Shown: in pieces, positions 12,890 to 29,303 of the stretch | Position numbering within the stretch: position 1 is the first letter of the stretch | Layout of the letters: each line of letters begins with the position of its first letter | Source: Moniliella sp. 'wahieum' | Lineage: Eukaryota | Length of the DNA: 64,000 nt | Assembly (NCBI GenBank): GCA_003971905.1 | Contig: RSEE01000077.1 | Coordinates: 186,001-250,000, forward strand | Reading direction: 5' to 3' | Program-made: the position numbers and the translations under genes | The notes under the pieces: generated by a model | Told to the model about the DNA's origin: nothing | The model's input: only the letters and a program-made list of their open reading frames with translations | Database searches by the model: none

Positions 12890-13375
12890 ATGGCTCTGTC
12901 CCGCAGCATCTACAACGTGCTCTTTAAGCGCAACCCCGTCTTGTACGTCCTCTTTCTCCGTGATGGCTGGATGGTTCCCTGCGGAGGCGCAGCTAACGCC
13001 CAAGTTCGGCACAGTGTGAGCGCTTGCTTCTTTGGCGGCTTTGCCTTCATGGTTGGCTTTGACCAGGTCACTACGGCCTGGTGGGACAAGCACAACTACC
13101 CCGTACGTTACCGTTACCGTTACTCTTTTCCCCTTGTGCTTCATGCCTCATGCTTCATTATGCCCTCCCGCCCACATCGATCGACCCCGCGCGTTGGTAC
13201 GAGCACCGGGTCAATTGCCCTGCGGGCGCGGGGGTGGGGGCGCCTTGACAGACACCCTTGTTACCGATTTGGGGGGACGAGATGACTGACCCAGTTTGTG
13301 TTCTTCTGTGTCCAGAAGCAGTGGAAGGACTTGCGTGGCAAGTACCTTACCAGTGCTCCCGAGGAGGAGGAGTAA
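12890..13375 (+). CDS. QCR9: Cytochrome b-c1 complex subunit 9
   Basis: Spliced (introns 12943-13014 and 13103-13315): MALSRSIYNVLFKRNPVFVSACFFGGFAFMVGFDQVTTAWWDKHNYPKQWKDLRGKYLTSAPEEEE. Confidence 0.93.
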
Positions 13376-14069
13376 GTAACTAGTAACGAGTAACTAGTAA
13401 TCTCAGATGGTCTAGCCCCTGTCGTTTCTCCATGGTAGACGGGAGAGCGACTGCTGCTCGTTCCTGCTATGATCGTCACTGCCCAATCGCACGCGCCTCT
13501 TTGAATTCGACAGGTAGTCCCTCGTGAGGGAGGAGACGGAGAGACTGGTCTCAGGAGGCAAAGGGGAGTAGCCTAATGGTGCACGCATACGCCGCAGCGC
13601 GAGAGGAAGAGATGCGGCAGGTATGTTGATTTCGGGGATCTGCCCTACTTGGCGAGAGAGTGGGGCGGCCGGGCGGGAATTTGACGGCGATGATGATCGA
13701 TTGCGCTATGGTCAGTGGTATGGGAGTAGAGAGCCATTTGGTTGATCCTGCCCAGCCAGAGCAGGCAGGCGGTGTTGCGGGGATGCGCGCGGCGTAGGCT
13801 GAGCGCTGTCGCTTGTGTCATGGTGCCATGTGCCATGCAGGAGATGCAGGCAAGTGTGACGTGGCGCTCATTAATCAGTCCAGCATCAGCCCCTGATTAT
13901 CTAATGCTTACTTGGCTGCGGATGGGTTGTCAGTTGAAATGTTAGTCAATCGTTAAACGTTACGAGGCGAAACGAGCTAAACGCCGACCAACATCAGCCC
14001 TGCTCTCGCGCCCACCGGGAGCATCTCCAATCGCATTCACATTCGCATTCGCATTCGCATTCGGAGTCT

Positions 14070-17000
14070 ATGCCCGACACGGCGCCTTCCACTGCGGCCC
14101 ACTTGCCCCCGCCGCCCTCCCATCCGCGTAAGCGAGCTGCCGATGCCCACGATGACGACAGCCCAGAGTCCGCTTCGCCCTCTCCTGCCTCGGGCAAGAC
14201 GCCAGCTCACCCCCCTGTCAAGGCCGCGTGTCTGTTCTGCCGATCTCGGTCCGTGCTTCCTCTCCTGCCTCACATGCCTGTCCCCGCGCCCAATTGACCC
14301 AATTGACCCTCTTGACCCTCTTGACCGCGTGACCCTCTTGACCCTGCTTAGGAAATCCAAGTGCGACGGACAGAGGCCATGCAAGACATGCATTGCTAGG
14401 AAGCGCGAAGATGAGTGTGTCTACACCGCGTCGAGGCGTGGTGCGAAGCGTCGGATGATCGACCCCACCGAACTGCGTCAGCATCTGCAAGAGCTCTTGG
14501 GCCTGAGCTCGTTGCCGAATGACATTCGCGTGCCTGGCCGTGTGGCGCAACTGCAACCGTTTCAGCGGTCCGACTTGAGTTCCATGAGTTCCTACGAGCT
14601 CGCCTTGTTGCAGGAAGCCATTCAAGCTGAGCGTGCACGCCAGCAAAGCGCAAATGTCACCGCGCCATCTGGGAGCAACATCAAGGCGCCTTCACTTCCT
14701 TCCTCTTCTTTGGTGTATTCGTCGGGACGAGGAGCTTCTACAACCCCCCCAGCCACCTACTTCCCTTGCGTTCCAGACAACCTTTTGCCCCGCCCTCAGT
14801 GCCCAATGCGCTTCCACCACCCGACGCGGGAACTGCTGCCGACTGCTCCGACCTGCGTACTCTTGTAGCTGGTGCGTTGGAGAAGCTGAACGTGGAGGAG
14901 AGCGTCGCCATGCAGCAGCAGTTGGCTCTCCACACTCTTGACCCACTTGTTACGGGACCGGGTGGAACGAGTGGATCGGCACCTATTCCTGCTGGCACCG
15001 GTGTCCAAGACGCATTTCAATTTACCTTTCCATCCACCTCGGTGAATTTGGTTCCGTCCCTGCCCGAAGGGAGGGGCGTGCCTCCACAAGGACCCAACCA
15101 ACTGGATCGGTTGGCTCCCTTGGCGGCTCAAGTGATTCAGCAACAGAGTCAGAGAAGAGCGGGGTCCGTCTCGGCTTACGACCCTACTGCCACTCGACTA
15201 AGCAGCCCTGATCGTACTCGTGACCTGCTCACCTCGTTTTACCTTCATCTGTACTCGTTCCTGCCCGTCTTACTGCCCCCACCACCTGGAGACATATGTG
15301 GGATGGTATAGCTCTCACCGCTCACCGTTCCTCTTGGCCTTAGAGGCCGTGCTGCCGTTCCTGGAGGACAAAGTGGAAGAAGAACCATGCGAAGGGCCTG
15401 ACGCGTTCAACTCGTCCTCTCGCCAAGCGCGTCGTCAGTCTGCTGCCCGCTTTGCGCGCCAAGCTGGCGATGCGATCGAGGAAGCTCTGGGGCGATGGAA
15501 GAGCAAGCCGATTGGGGCGTCTTGTTGGAAATTATCCAAGCGTTGGTCATCTTGTCGATTTTCGAGTACGGTTCGGGCCGGGCCGTCAAAGCGCGGATCA
15601 AGGCGGACCAAGCACTGAGCTTGGCCATGTCTCATGGTCTGCATCGTATGTCGTCCCTACCTGCGTTTGAGGCGCTGGTATCCCCCGATCTCAGCCGCCT
15701 CCTCCACCTCATCCCGTACCTTGTTGGGCAAGTTTTCCGCCCCGCTCCTGTTCGAGATGAGTAAGCGGATTTGGACGGCCTGGACAGGGTTGTTTTATGC
15801 CTCGTTCAATACGGGCAAGCTCTTGACCATCTCTGCGGATGATCCAAGGGTTACCTCTGCCTTGCCCTCGGGAACGGGCATGGCAGCGGAAAATGAGTGG
15901 GAAAAGCATGTTTCCACTCTTCGGTTTATGTTGTTGGTGCAAGAGCGTGTATCGGCGTTTGTGCAATCGCTTTCGCCCGATACGGAGCAGCCCACTCCCT
16001 CACCCGGACCTACGTTTCACGACCCCCTGGCGCCCAGTTCGGTTTTCTCACCTTTTCCACGACGAGTGGGAGTCGTGAGCATCTGGCGGATAGTATGCGT
16101 TCGATCGACAAGGCGTTAGGGAAGCAAATTGAAGAGCTGGAGAAACAGCCACTTCCATGGCACTTGCCCACCTTCCAAGGTCGGCCCAAGACCCTGCTCC
16201 AAGTCGAGAAGCCTGTCGAGTTACATGCGGTTGATGAATTCAGGCCAGCTCTGGGCTGGTTGTGTCTCCATCTGTACTCGGCACTGCAAGGTGCTTCGAT
16301 ATTCGAACGCAAACTCTGTTTCCTCAAGTGCATCCCAGATGAGAAACCTAAACCTACGCCCCATCCCACTCCGTCCGTGTCCAGCCCCCCAGCTGATCAG
16401 ACCCCAGCCACAGCTGCTACCCTACCTGCTACCGTACCTGCTACCGTACCTGCTACTGCCCTCGCCGTACCTACACCCGCACCCGGCACGACGTCAATCA
16501 CTTCCGTTCCGGTCCCTGGACTGGACGTGTTCAGTACAGTTTTTGCGCCGGACACGTTAGCTGCCGACTTGGAGCCGGCTGTAGGGCCAGTGGAAGCAGG
16601 TTGGGCTTGGGACGACCTGGACCAGCTCACGGCCCAGCTCAGTACGGAGCTTCCGCAAGCTGCGGATACGGATTTGATGGGCGATTGGTTGTTGCGCATG
16701 ACCGGCCTTACCGCCCCGAACGGGGTGGACGTGGAGGGGAACGGGACGGAGGTGGTAGAGCCCGTTTCAGGGGCGCAGGCCACACAGGCACACAGGCAAC
16801 ACGGGCAACACAGGCCACACAGGCTACACAGGCTACACGCCTACCATTAGCTGCCGAAGCCGAGACGTCGCCAACATGGTTACCAGAAGTGGTAGGCAAG
16901 CCGAGGGGGAGCACCCGTTCGAAGCGCGCTACTCGCTGGAGCGGTGCGTGTACGCGTCGAAGCGTCTTCTCGAGGTGCTAGGTCACGAGCAACTGATGGT

Positions 17001-17353
17001 CAATCCGTATTTGGCATGTGAACATGTCTTGGCGGCATTTACGTTGCTGGTACAAGGTTGAGCGTCAGTACCAATCTGGATGCGAGCGAGGTTGTGCAAG
17101 GTAATGGGATGGGGCTGGACCTGATCCAGTCGGCCGAGCAGTCAGCTGCCCTGTCTCGCCCCGAGATGGCAGCAGCAACTTATCGCCCGACCGACAAGTC
17201 GTCTTGAGCCAAATTTGGTTCCATGTCAGTCGCATTCATGCTGCGCTCACCCGCCAAGCGCACCACTGGGACATGGTCGTCCCAATGGCTCAGGAGGTAC
17301 AAGTTTGTCTGCAGACGAGCGAGATGTTGTTTGACCAGTCGCAGAACGCATGA
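14070..17353 (+). CDS. Zn(II)2Cys6 fungal transcription factor
   Basis: After removing intron 14249-14351: ACLFCRSRKSKCDGQRPCKTCIARKREDECVY; middle homology region (FYLHLYSFLPVL, IIQALVILSIFEYG, AMSHGLHR); stop TGA 17351-17353. Confidence 0.88.
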
Positions 17354-17606
17354 CCTTCCCGTCTTGGTTCGGCTTGGGCTTAGGCTTGGCCTTGCGCTTC
17401 GACTTGGCTTTGCCCTCCACTCCTCGTACAGGATGGATGGATATGGATCCACAAGTACACATTGCATGCCTAACGGATTTAAAGGACGGAAAGGGGTGCA
17501 GAAGCGGGTATCAGAGCATCCATTCGTAGCAGCTCAGAGCAGGGGGGTGTCTGTGCGTGTGTGTGTGGCGGCGACCGTTTTGTCGAGACGGCCTCACCAG
17601 AAAACA

Positions 17607-19258
17607 CTACACCTCATCGCCATGCCGATGAGGACCAACGCTGGTCTCGTCAGGCCTCAGGTCCGTGCTGACGCATACCAGGCCTTGACGAAGGCGCAAC
17701 TCTTCCCTCATCGACTCGATCATGGACCGGTATATACCTGCCGAAACGCAAATGCAATGCAATAAGGAGTTTTTATGAGTTTGAGCCGGCGTTTTGCGAC
17801 TGGAGCAGAACGTACGTTTTTCCCACTCGCCCCAGATGAGGCCCGTGTAGAGGAACGTGGTGCCGGCGGCGCCTGAAGCGAGCGCCAAGCAGGTCAGCAG
17901 GACGCGCATGGGCGGTGCAGGATGCGAAGCCAGGCACAGGAGTACAGCCAGGGCGAGCGTAGTGCCAAAGCCGGAAAGCCATCGCAGCTGGTTCGTTTTG
18001 GCCTGCTCTAGCCACACGAGGGCTGCAATGCATGAAGTGAGGCAGTCAATGGCAGCTGTAGCGTCCGGTACGTCGTCGGTGGGGTGGGTAACGTGTGCGC
18101 TTCCTTGATGGCGTGGTAGGCGCCGAAAGGGCAAACGTGGCCTCGACACCAAAGTGATCCGAGACGTTGAGGTTGAGGGGGGGGATAGGCTGTGTGCATG
18201 TAACGGAGCATGCGAGCGGGATCAACAAGCTCGGGGACGAAACAGAAGAAAAGCCAGTGCATACGGTACCGCGCATACAGGGCGGAGTGTAGTAGATGTA
18301 ATCCAGACGTTTGCCTGCGCCCGCCAAGGCGCGTGGGTCCAGTGGTTTTCCGGCGGTCCATGAGTTGAGGGGAGAGTCACAGGTGACGCCGAGCTGGGTC
18401 AGTGCGCGAGCTGGATCAGGCGCCCCAGTGACGTCCCCCAGAGGACGAGGTAACGAAACGGCCATCTCGGGCAGATCTGGGTGGAGAGCAAGGAAGGTAT
18501 CCGTCAATCCCCCACGTGGCGCAGCAAGCGAGCCGAGAGCGAGGGCGGGGTGCAGTTCAAATCGCCCATCTGCAGGAAAAGAACAGGGGGAAGTGTCAGC
18601 TGCCCCTCAGAGCCTTCGTGTGGAAGAAAGAAGCGGGACAGAAGAGCGCCGGAGGGAGAGTGAGGGGGGGGGGGGCGGGGGGGGACGTACAACGAGAACA
18701 TGGCGACCTTGCTCGGCGCTATCCCGGGCCCATTGGGCCAGTTGCCAAGTTTGGGTGATGCGGGGAGATCGGGTCCATTCCGGTCCGTCCTCTCCACCTG
18801 CAGCGACAGTATGGGTGATCCAAACGTCGAGGCCCTGGGGCAGTCCGGGCACGGCAACCGTAGCGCATCCGGCACCTTTGCCTACAATCCAGTCCCCCCT
18901 GGCAACAGCAGCTGGCAGGCCATTGTAGTCGTAGCTGATGGAGCGCGTGCGTAGGATGGGGAAGCGGCTGAAGAGCGCAAGGCCCATGCCCCAGGCTCCG
19001 CCATAGAAAAACTTGCTGTACGGGAGGCGGGTGGACAGAGCGGCCTGCAGCTGGACATAGTCCACGTGTGATACCCACAGCTCCTGCAGCCCAACCAGGT
19101 CGTACTCGCTCTCGGCGAGCGACTGGGCGATGGCCCGCAGACGCATCTGCTTGTGTGGACAAGGGCTCAGGAAGGCCCCACACATTGAGCGTCAAGACGC
19201 GCAGCTGCGTGGGCGCCGGTGTGGGCACGCTGGAAGCGCCAGCAGGGGCAGCGGCCAT
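17607..19258 (-). CDS. ISC1: Inositol phosphosphingolipid phospholipase C / neutral sphingomyelinase
   Basis: LRVLTLNVWG, YDLVGLQELW, GLALFSRFPI, GDWIVGKG, MGDLN, TCDSPLNSW, KRLDYIYY, SDHFGVEATF, C-terminal hydrophobic helices; intron 18570-18690; 3' end approximate. Confidence 0.9.
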
Positions 19259-19454
19259 GATGGATGGTGGGGTCCAAGCCGCCTAGCCCGTAGTTACTTG
19301 TCCGCCTGAGATGCAGCTGAGCCTCAGGACAGCTGGCTGTAGTTGGTACTGAGTGGAGCCTGCGCAGGGCCTGCTCGCTAGCTTTCCGATTTCAGAGAGA
19401 TCTCTCAAATCCAGCGTGGAGCTTCACTTGAAGCTCCGAAGCAGGAACCCAGGT

Positions 19455-19545
19455 CACGTGTGTGACATCTGATCACATGTGTGAGGGGTGATGTGCAATC
19501 CCATTGGTGGTGGCTGCACACGTGCGTACGTACACGTGTCACGTG
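19455..19545. promoter_or_regulatory. Cluster of four CACGTG E-boxes in the divergent ISC1/lipase intergenic region
   Basis: CACGTG at 19455, 19519, 19533 and 19540, plus CACATG at 19474. Confidence 0.45.
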
Positions 19546-20384
19546 CCCCTGGGACGAGACGGACGAGGCAGAGGGATCTTCGATCTGCGCATTCTGACAC
19601 GGGCGGCGTGGGGGCGGGGGACTGGGCTGGTGCCTGCCCCAGCACACTGGCCCCTGACAAGTTGACAGGGCGCGAGCCGAAAGAGGGGGCTTGCCTCAGT
19701 CGCCCCCTGCGGGTGGGGTGCGCAAATCCCTCGCAGGCGCTACAGTGCCCCCCGGCTCGAGGGCGAATTCCGAGCCAGGCGCAGAGGCAGGGCGGTGCGT
19801 GTGTGTTGGGTGCTCGCGGGGCGCGTGGCATGGGGCCAGTCGACAGCCCATGTGGAATGGCGCTGGGCAGGGCAGCAGCCACGCCATGGGGGGGGCACGA
19901 GGCCGCTGCGTCTGCGCGGTGCCTGAGCGCACAAGCCTCCGCCTGCTGTTCCCGCTCGGCGCGCCCTGCGCTGCGACACTGGCCCCACGCCTGCCCCAGC
20001 GCCAGCCGCACGCGCAAGACGTACGATCCACCGCACACGGCAGCCCGGCAGGGCTCCCTCCAGCATGCAGCATTCAATGTTCAGGCCCAGGCTTCGCTCG
20101 CCGAGCCGCGAGGCACACCGCAGACAACCCCACCTGTCTTTCCTAACCCTCTCTCCGCCCCGCAATCCCTCTCCGCCCCGCTTTGCCTGCGGAGACAACA
20201 CCCACGCTTCTCCTCTTCTAGCCCCACCACCACCACCTCCTCCTCCTCCTCCATCCCCATCCCATCCCCATCCCCCCCCCCCACGTTCTTTACTTCCGTT
20301 GCCTTCTGCCTTCGGCCCACCTTCGTTACCGGTTACCCCCGCTCCACTCGGGCGTACACCTCCCACCCTGACCCTTGTCTCACC

Positions 20385-21952
20385 ATGCGCGCTCCCTGCT
20401 CCTTCTTTTCGCCTGCACGCTCCTCGCCGCCCTCGCCGCCCTCGCCGCACCTCCGCCCCTGGAACGGGGCGTTCTGCTTCGTCGCGTCAACAGCTCCGCC
20501 ATCCCCCCCCCACGATCGGATCCTTTCTATGTCCGCCTGCCAACATCAGTCTACAGGCCGGGCGATGTCATTCGCCATCGGGTCATCGATGCCCAGTACA
20601 AGATCTCTGGCGCCGGCCGCACCACCCAGATCCTCTACCGCACCACCAACACCTTGGGCCACCTTCTGCCACCGTCACCACTGTAATCGAGCCTGCTCGG
20701 GCACCCTGCCGCGTATGCTCTCCTACCATATTTGGGAGGACGCGACCAATCGCGACTGTGCACCTTCCTATACCATCCTCCAGGGCAACAACGCCCCCAA
20801 CATTATGGTCCTCGGTATGTTGACTCCTTCCCCCCCCTCCCCCCTCCCCTCAACGTCCCTTGTTTTTTGCTTGTTTGACTGACAGCAGTCCTTCTTCGTA
20901 CGTGTGCCGCGCGCTCAGGTGATGATGTCCCAGTCTGGTGGGCGTTCCTCCTGGCCAATGGAATCAGTGTGGTGGTGCCCGACTACGAAGGGCCCAAGTC
21001 TGCGCTCTTTGCTGGCTTCCAAGCGGGACATGCCATCCTCGACTCGGCGCGTGCGGTAAAGAATCACCTGAACTGGCCAGCAGACGCTCGGATTGCGATG
21101 ACAGGGTACTCGGAGGGGGCGCACGTAACTTGCTGGGCGGCCAACCTGGCGCCGTCGTATGCGCCTGAACTCAACATTGTCGGTGCGACGCATGGTGGCA
21201 CACCGATCGATATGGAGCTTACCCTGCGTCACTTTGACAACACCTCCTTCTCGGGCTTTACGTTGGGTGGCATGCATGGCATGATGGCCGCCTACCCCAA
21301 ATTCAACCGTACCATTACCCAACACGCGCAGCAACGCGTGCTTACCGATCTGGCTACCATCTACGCCCCACCCGTTTGCCACGCCATTCTACGCGGGCCC
21401 CAGTTCGCCAACATTCCTTACATGGAGATGCTCAACCTACCTAGTGGCGACCCGTACAACGATCCCGTCGTGCGCTCCGTGCTCAACCGCGAGACAATGT
21501 GGAGCAACAAGTCGTCTGTGGGCGTAGGATACCCCAAGTTCCCCGCATGATCTACCAAGGTCGTCATGACGATGTGATTAGCTACGATGCAGTGCAAGCC
21601 TATGTCGACCAGCAATGTTCCCAGCCCGGCGTGCAGATCCAGTTCAACATATACGAGGCCAATGCGCACACGGCGCCGCAGTGGTCATTGGGGGCGACTT
21701 GAATGCGATGCAATTTGTGTTGGAAGTGATGGAGACCAACGGTAAGTTCCGCACGCCTGTACCGTGTGGCACACCTACGCCTTCCCTTCTCAACATAGCA
21801 ACTGGGGGCTGGACGACATTCTCGGTGGCAACATTTCAGCTGGTTTGCAAACGCTGCAAGCGCAGGCGGCCAATGTGGGCTTTGGCAACCTTGGCTTTGG
21901 TGATTTTGGCACATTTATCGAAAAGACATTGGAAGAACTGTTCCAGCCTTAA
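20385..21952 (+). CDS. Secreted lipase, LIP family (Candida/Malassezia-type)
   Basis: Signal peptide; PRSDPFY, QILYRTTN, LSYHIWEDA-DCAPSY, VVVPDYEGP, GHAILDSARA, nucleophile elbow TGYSEGA, YAPELNIVGATHGG, IYQGRHDDVI; intron 20816-20918. Confidence 0.92.
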
Positions 21953-22381
21953 CGGTCGGTCAAGCAGTGCTTCTCCTTCCATTAACCATCCCCACCCTCC
22001 CACTCGCGTTTCCCACCAGGTATCCTATCCTACTCTGGCCCTCCTTCCCTCTCTGCTATCTTGGTTCATATCCCTTCGTTGTATACTCGCAAACTGTTCT
22101 TTCTACTTTTTTCAGTCTGCGATATCGATATCTACCCCCGCTTTTGCCACTCCTTGATACTATCCCTCTTCGCCTCTACCCCGTTGCGCATTTCCTCCTA
22201 GCCTCGTCTCGAGGTGCAGACATTGAATTGGTCGTAGGAATGGGTAGTCCCTCCTATTCGTATCTGTACACTTGACAGTGTGTTTGTGTTTGGCCTAAGT
22301 GCTAGGATATGGCTACAGTAAGTAGTGTTTTTTTCTGGTCCCTCAACGTTCAACATGCTTAACATTGCATACTCAACATCC

Positions 22382-23083
22382 TTAAACCTTAGCCCATGAG
22401 GGGTTGCATGTTGAAGACCCGCATGTGGTTTGGCCCGTACGTTTGCCAATCCATGGCAGTCCCTCGATCCGTCCCTCAGTCTGGAGATCTACAAGCTCCC
22501 CCCGATCCCATGCGCGCAGCCCGAACAGGAGAGCTTGATGAACCACAAAGTTGAGGGGTACTTTGTTACCTTGAAGGGGCAGAGTCCACTCACAGTTGAT
22601 CGAGCTTGGACGCCGCTCTGGGCGATCTGAACGGGGTAGAGACGATTGAAGCGAGGCCTCAATTAGGGCGTCGGCTCGAGGCATGGTAGCAACGGTGCGC
22701 ATGCCCCGAAACGAGATGAGGACTATAGTAGCGTGCCTGTAGATCACAACTTGTGCACGGTTGGGACAGTTGAGCAAGGCAAGACTGAGTAGGACAGGTG
22801 CTCTCGTGCCGACAGCTCGAGACTCTATAGGTCGCTGCGGGGTCCATACAGATGAGACTGAAAGTTGGAGACCGACAGGGATGCCTGGAGGAATGAAGAC
22901 GGAATTGGGCAAGACCAATGGGGTCGCTGCCATGAAGTAGGTCAGTGGGACTGCTGGTGAGCTATTGGGAGGGAGTACGCGTGTGTTGTGGTGGGGTTTA
23001 AGGATGGAAGTGCAATGTTGGTGAGGCACTTCATGGCTGCAAGGCCTGCTGGGGGGGACGGGACATGGATCAAAAGAGGCCAT
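22382..23083 (-). CDS. Hypothetical ORF of 233 aa in a lower-GC patch
   Basis: Uninterrupted ATG-initiated ORF with no recognisable motif. Confidence 0.2.
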   Translation of the reverse strand: MASFDPCPVPPSRPCSHEVPHQHCTSILKPHHNTRVLPPNSSPAVPLTYFMAATPLVLPNSVFIPPGIPVGLQLSVSSVWTPQRPIESRAVGTRAPVLLSLALLNCPNRAQVVIYRHATIVLISFRGMRTVATMPRADALIEASLQSSLPRSDRPERRPSSINCEWTLPLQGNKVPLNFVVHQALLFGLRAWDRGELVDLQTEGRIEGLPWIGKRTGQTTCGSSTCNPSWAKV

Positions 23084-23505
23084 ATCAACAAGGTCAACTA
23101 TCTACAGGTAAAATCTATCAGGAACAGGCAACGCAAATAGAGAGGAAAAGGATTCCGTGTGGCTTCAGCAAGGAGCACAGACCTAAGTATAAGGAAAAGT
23201 TTCCATACCCTAGGACCCGGAACAGTGAAACCCGTCAGAGAGGCCCAAAGTAAGGGGCAGAGGTTTTCCCCCCTTGTTCTCTAGTCTCTGCAGCGCTGCA
23301 GCTCCGGTGCAATACACCGTCAACGTGTCAACTGAGCTCTCTGGTCTTACACGTTAGGCAGGGATAATCGAGATATCGAGATCGACAATCGAAGGGAACC
23401 TCTTGGTCGCGCGCAACGCCCAACAGCGTCCATCCCTTGTACTTGCGTCGCGCCTTGGGCGTTTACTAGTTTTTACTACTCGTACACAACCCAACGGTCG
23501 ATCTT

Positions 23506-23572
23506 AAGCTTCAAGTCAAGCTTCAAGCTTCAAGCTTCAAGCTTCAGCTTCAAGCTTCAAGCTTCAAGCTTC
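23506..23572. repeat. (AAGCTTC)n heptamer repeat, about 9 imperfect copies
   Basis: Directly visible; a shorter copy occurs at 45543-45558. Confidence 0.85.
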
Positions 23573-25751
23573 ATCGATCACCGGATAACGGTGCAGAAAT
23601 GCGCGAACGCAGGGTAGCTGCGGTGGTCCCTGACCACCTGATCGGCCGGCTGACTGGGGCCAGAAGGGGCCACTAGGGTCGCTGTATTCTGTCTGGGTCA
23701 CTGGGTCAGCGTTCACCCGGCCAAGCGGGTCAAGCAGGTCAGAAAAAGGATGAGATTTCAGATCGATCACATCGATGGTCACCGGTCAGGGCGTTAGCGC
23801 ACAGCAGACGCAAGGCAGAGACGACCACTGGCTGACCTGGGCAACCTGACGGTTGGTTGTGTTCGGATTTGATATTGCGTGGTGTTGCACGTAGCAGGCA
23901 AGGTGTAAGAAGCAACGCTAGGAGCTAGTAGCTAGGAGCTAGCAACTAGCAAGTAGCACCTAGCAACTAGCAAGTAGCAACAGGGGTGTAACAGGGGTGT
24001 AAAATGAAGACAGGTCAAATAGTAAGTACCCCACAAGTGCAGATCCCTCCAACGCAGGCATAGTTCCCATGTGACATGGGAGATGGACATGGGAAGAGTG
24101 AATGTGATACGCCACGTCACGCATGCGGCTGGCTGTTCTTGGGCCAGACCTTGCACGCGCGCTAAGCCAGCCACGCAGCCGCCATCAATCTGGCGCGAGT
24201 GGTGGATGCGCTCAGGCGCTCAGGCGCTCAGCTGCTGCGGGGATGCGCATGGGAGCGGCGGTGGCAATCGGAGGGGCAGCGGGACTACCGCCAAGCGCCC
24301 AGTGACTAGGGACTAGGGACTAGTGACTGACGCCGTCACCGGGTCACCCGCCACCGTCACCCGCCACCGTCACCCGCCACCGTCACCCGCCACCGTCGTC
24401 CACGGCAGTCTCCTGTCGCAAGCCTGTCGCAAGCCTGTCGCAAGTCCTGCCGCCCACCGCAGCCGGCCAGAACCGACGGCAGGACACGCCTGCAAGCCAC
24501 CCACGCGCCCAATGCACCCGGCACACAATGTGCTTCATAAGTAACCAACTCCAGCGCAAGCCAACTGGTGCTCTGGTCTTCTTTAAGTCTACCGGTCCTC
24601 TCTGGTCCTCTCTGGTCCCCGGGGGTCCTCCTGTCCCCACTCGTCCTCGAAACTGAGTCCCAGTCCTGACTAGTGACTAGTGACTCTCCTCCCGTCCCCC
24701 TGCGACCGACAGCAGAGTAGAGAACGCACAGCTTGGCCCAGAAGAAACACAGCGTTTGACTACCAGTGGACCTTGTGGGCCTTTGTCGTTCAACGTGTTT
24801 GAGTGCGTTGAGCGGCTGAGGCTTCTGGCTCATCAGCGCTCGGCACAGAACAACGGTGAACGTACTGAACATAGACGTGTTAGGCCCTGCGGGCCTGCGG
24901 GCCTGCGGGCCTGAGGCCTGAGGGCCTGAGGCCTGAGGCCAGGGTGCACGGCCAGTAGCCGCTCCGCAATGCGACACTCCCGATCGCATCCAAGCGCTTG
25001 CGCTGAGGCCGGCCTGAGGCCTGGGGAAGCACATAGTGATCAGACATCCTCTGTAGTCACTCCTCGATCATCGCCCTAATCGCAAGATCTCTTGTTGACT
25101 TCTTCCCACCACCTCTTCTGTGCGTTCTCGCTTGAGGACGCGCACACGGCTGCTGCCTTCTTCTGCAGCTTCCTGCACCTGCTCCTGCGGTCTTTTTGCC
25201 GGATCGAGATCCCGCCTCATCCGCTTGGCCCACCCAAGAGGACGAGAGAGGGCCAAGCAGCTGCATCATCAACATCATCCATCGCCGTTCACCGTTCACC
25301 GTTCATCTCCCGCTGCGTCTTCTTTCGCCAGACGGTCACTAGCACTAGTCACTTGACGAGTCACTAGTTCACGCCCCATCCTCTCGATCTCATTCCCCCT
25401 CCACTCTCCTCGCACTACATCTGCTTTCCACTTGTCCCCGCTGCTGCGCCACACGCGGGTTGAACGTGTGGCTGGCACTCGACGCGCGCATCTCCGCTTC
25501 TCTTCCGTTGTTGCCAACCAAGCCCCCTCCCTGTCAACCACCGGAACACACATTTGGCACTTGATTCTCGCGGGTCTGCGTGTCACCACTAGTCACTAGT
25601 CACTAGTTACTCCAGCCCAACCATCCATCCTTCTCGCTTCCTGACTGCTGCAACGACGGGCTTCTGTCTTCTTCCTGCTTGCTCTCTTCGATATCCCAAT
25701 CCCGTCCGCTTACTCTTAATGTTGACGTCCACGAGCACCGCTGTCGACGAA

Positions 25752-29303
<3,552 letters not shown>

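Noticed and set aside
19488..20384. Long ORFs upstream of the lipase (for example 464 aa from 19488)
   Set aside because: GC-rich promoter DNA with few stops; the credible start is the signal-peptide ATG at 20385.
14070..21952. Zn2Cys6 + ISC1 + lipase as a biosynthetic gene cluster
   Set aside because: No PKS, NRPS or terpene backbone gene and no transporter; adjacency alone is insufficient.
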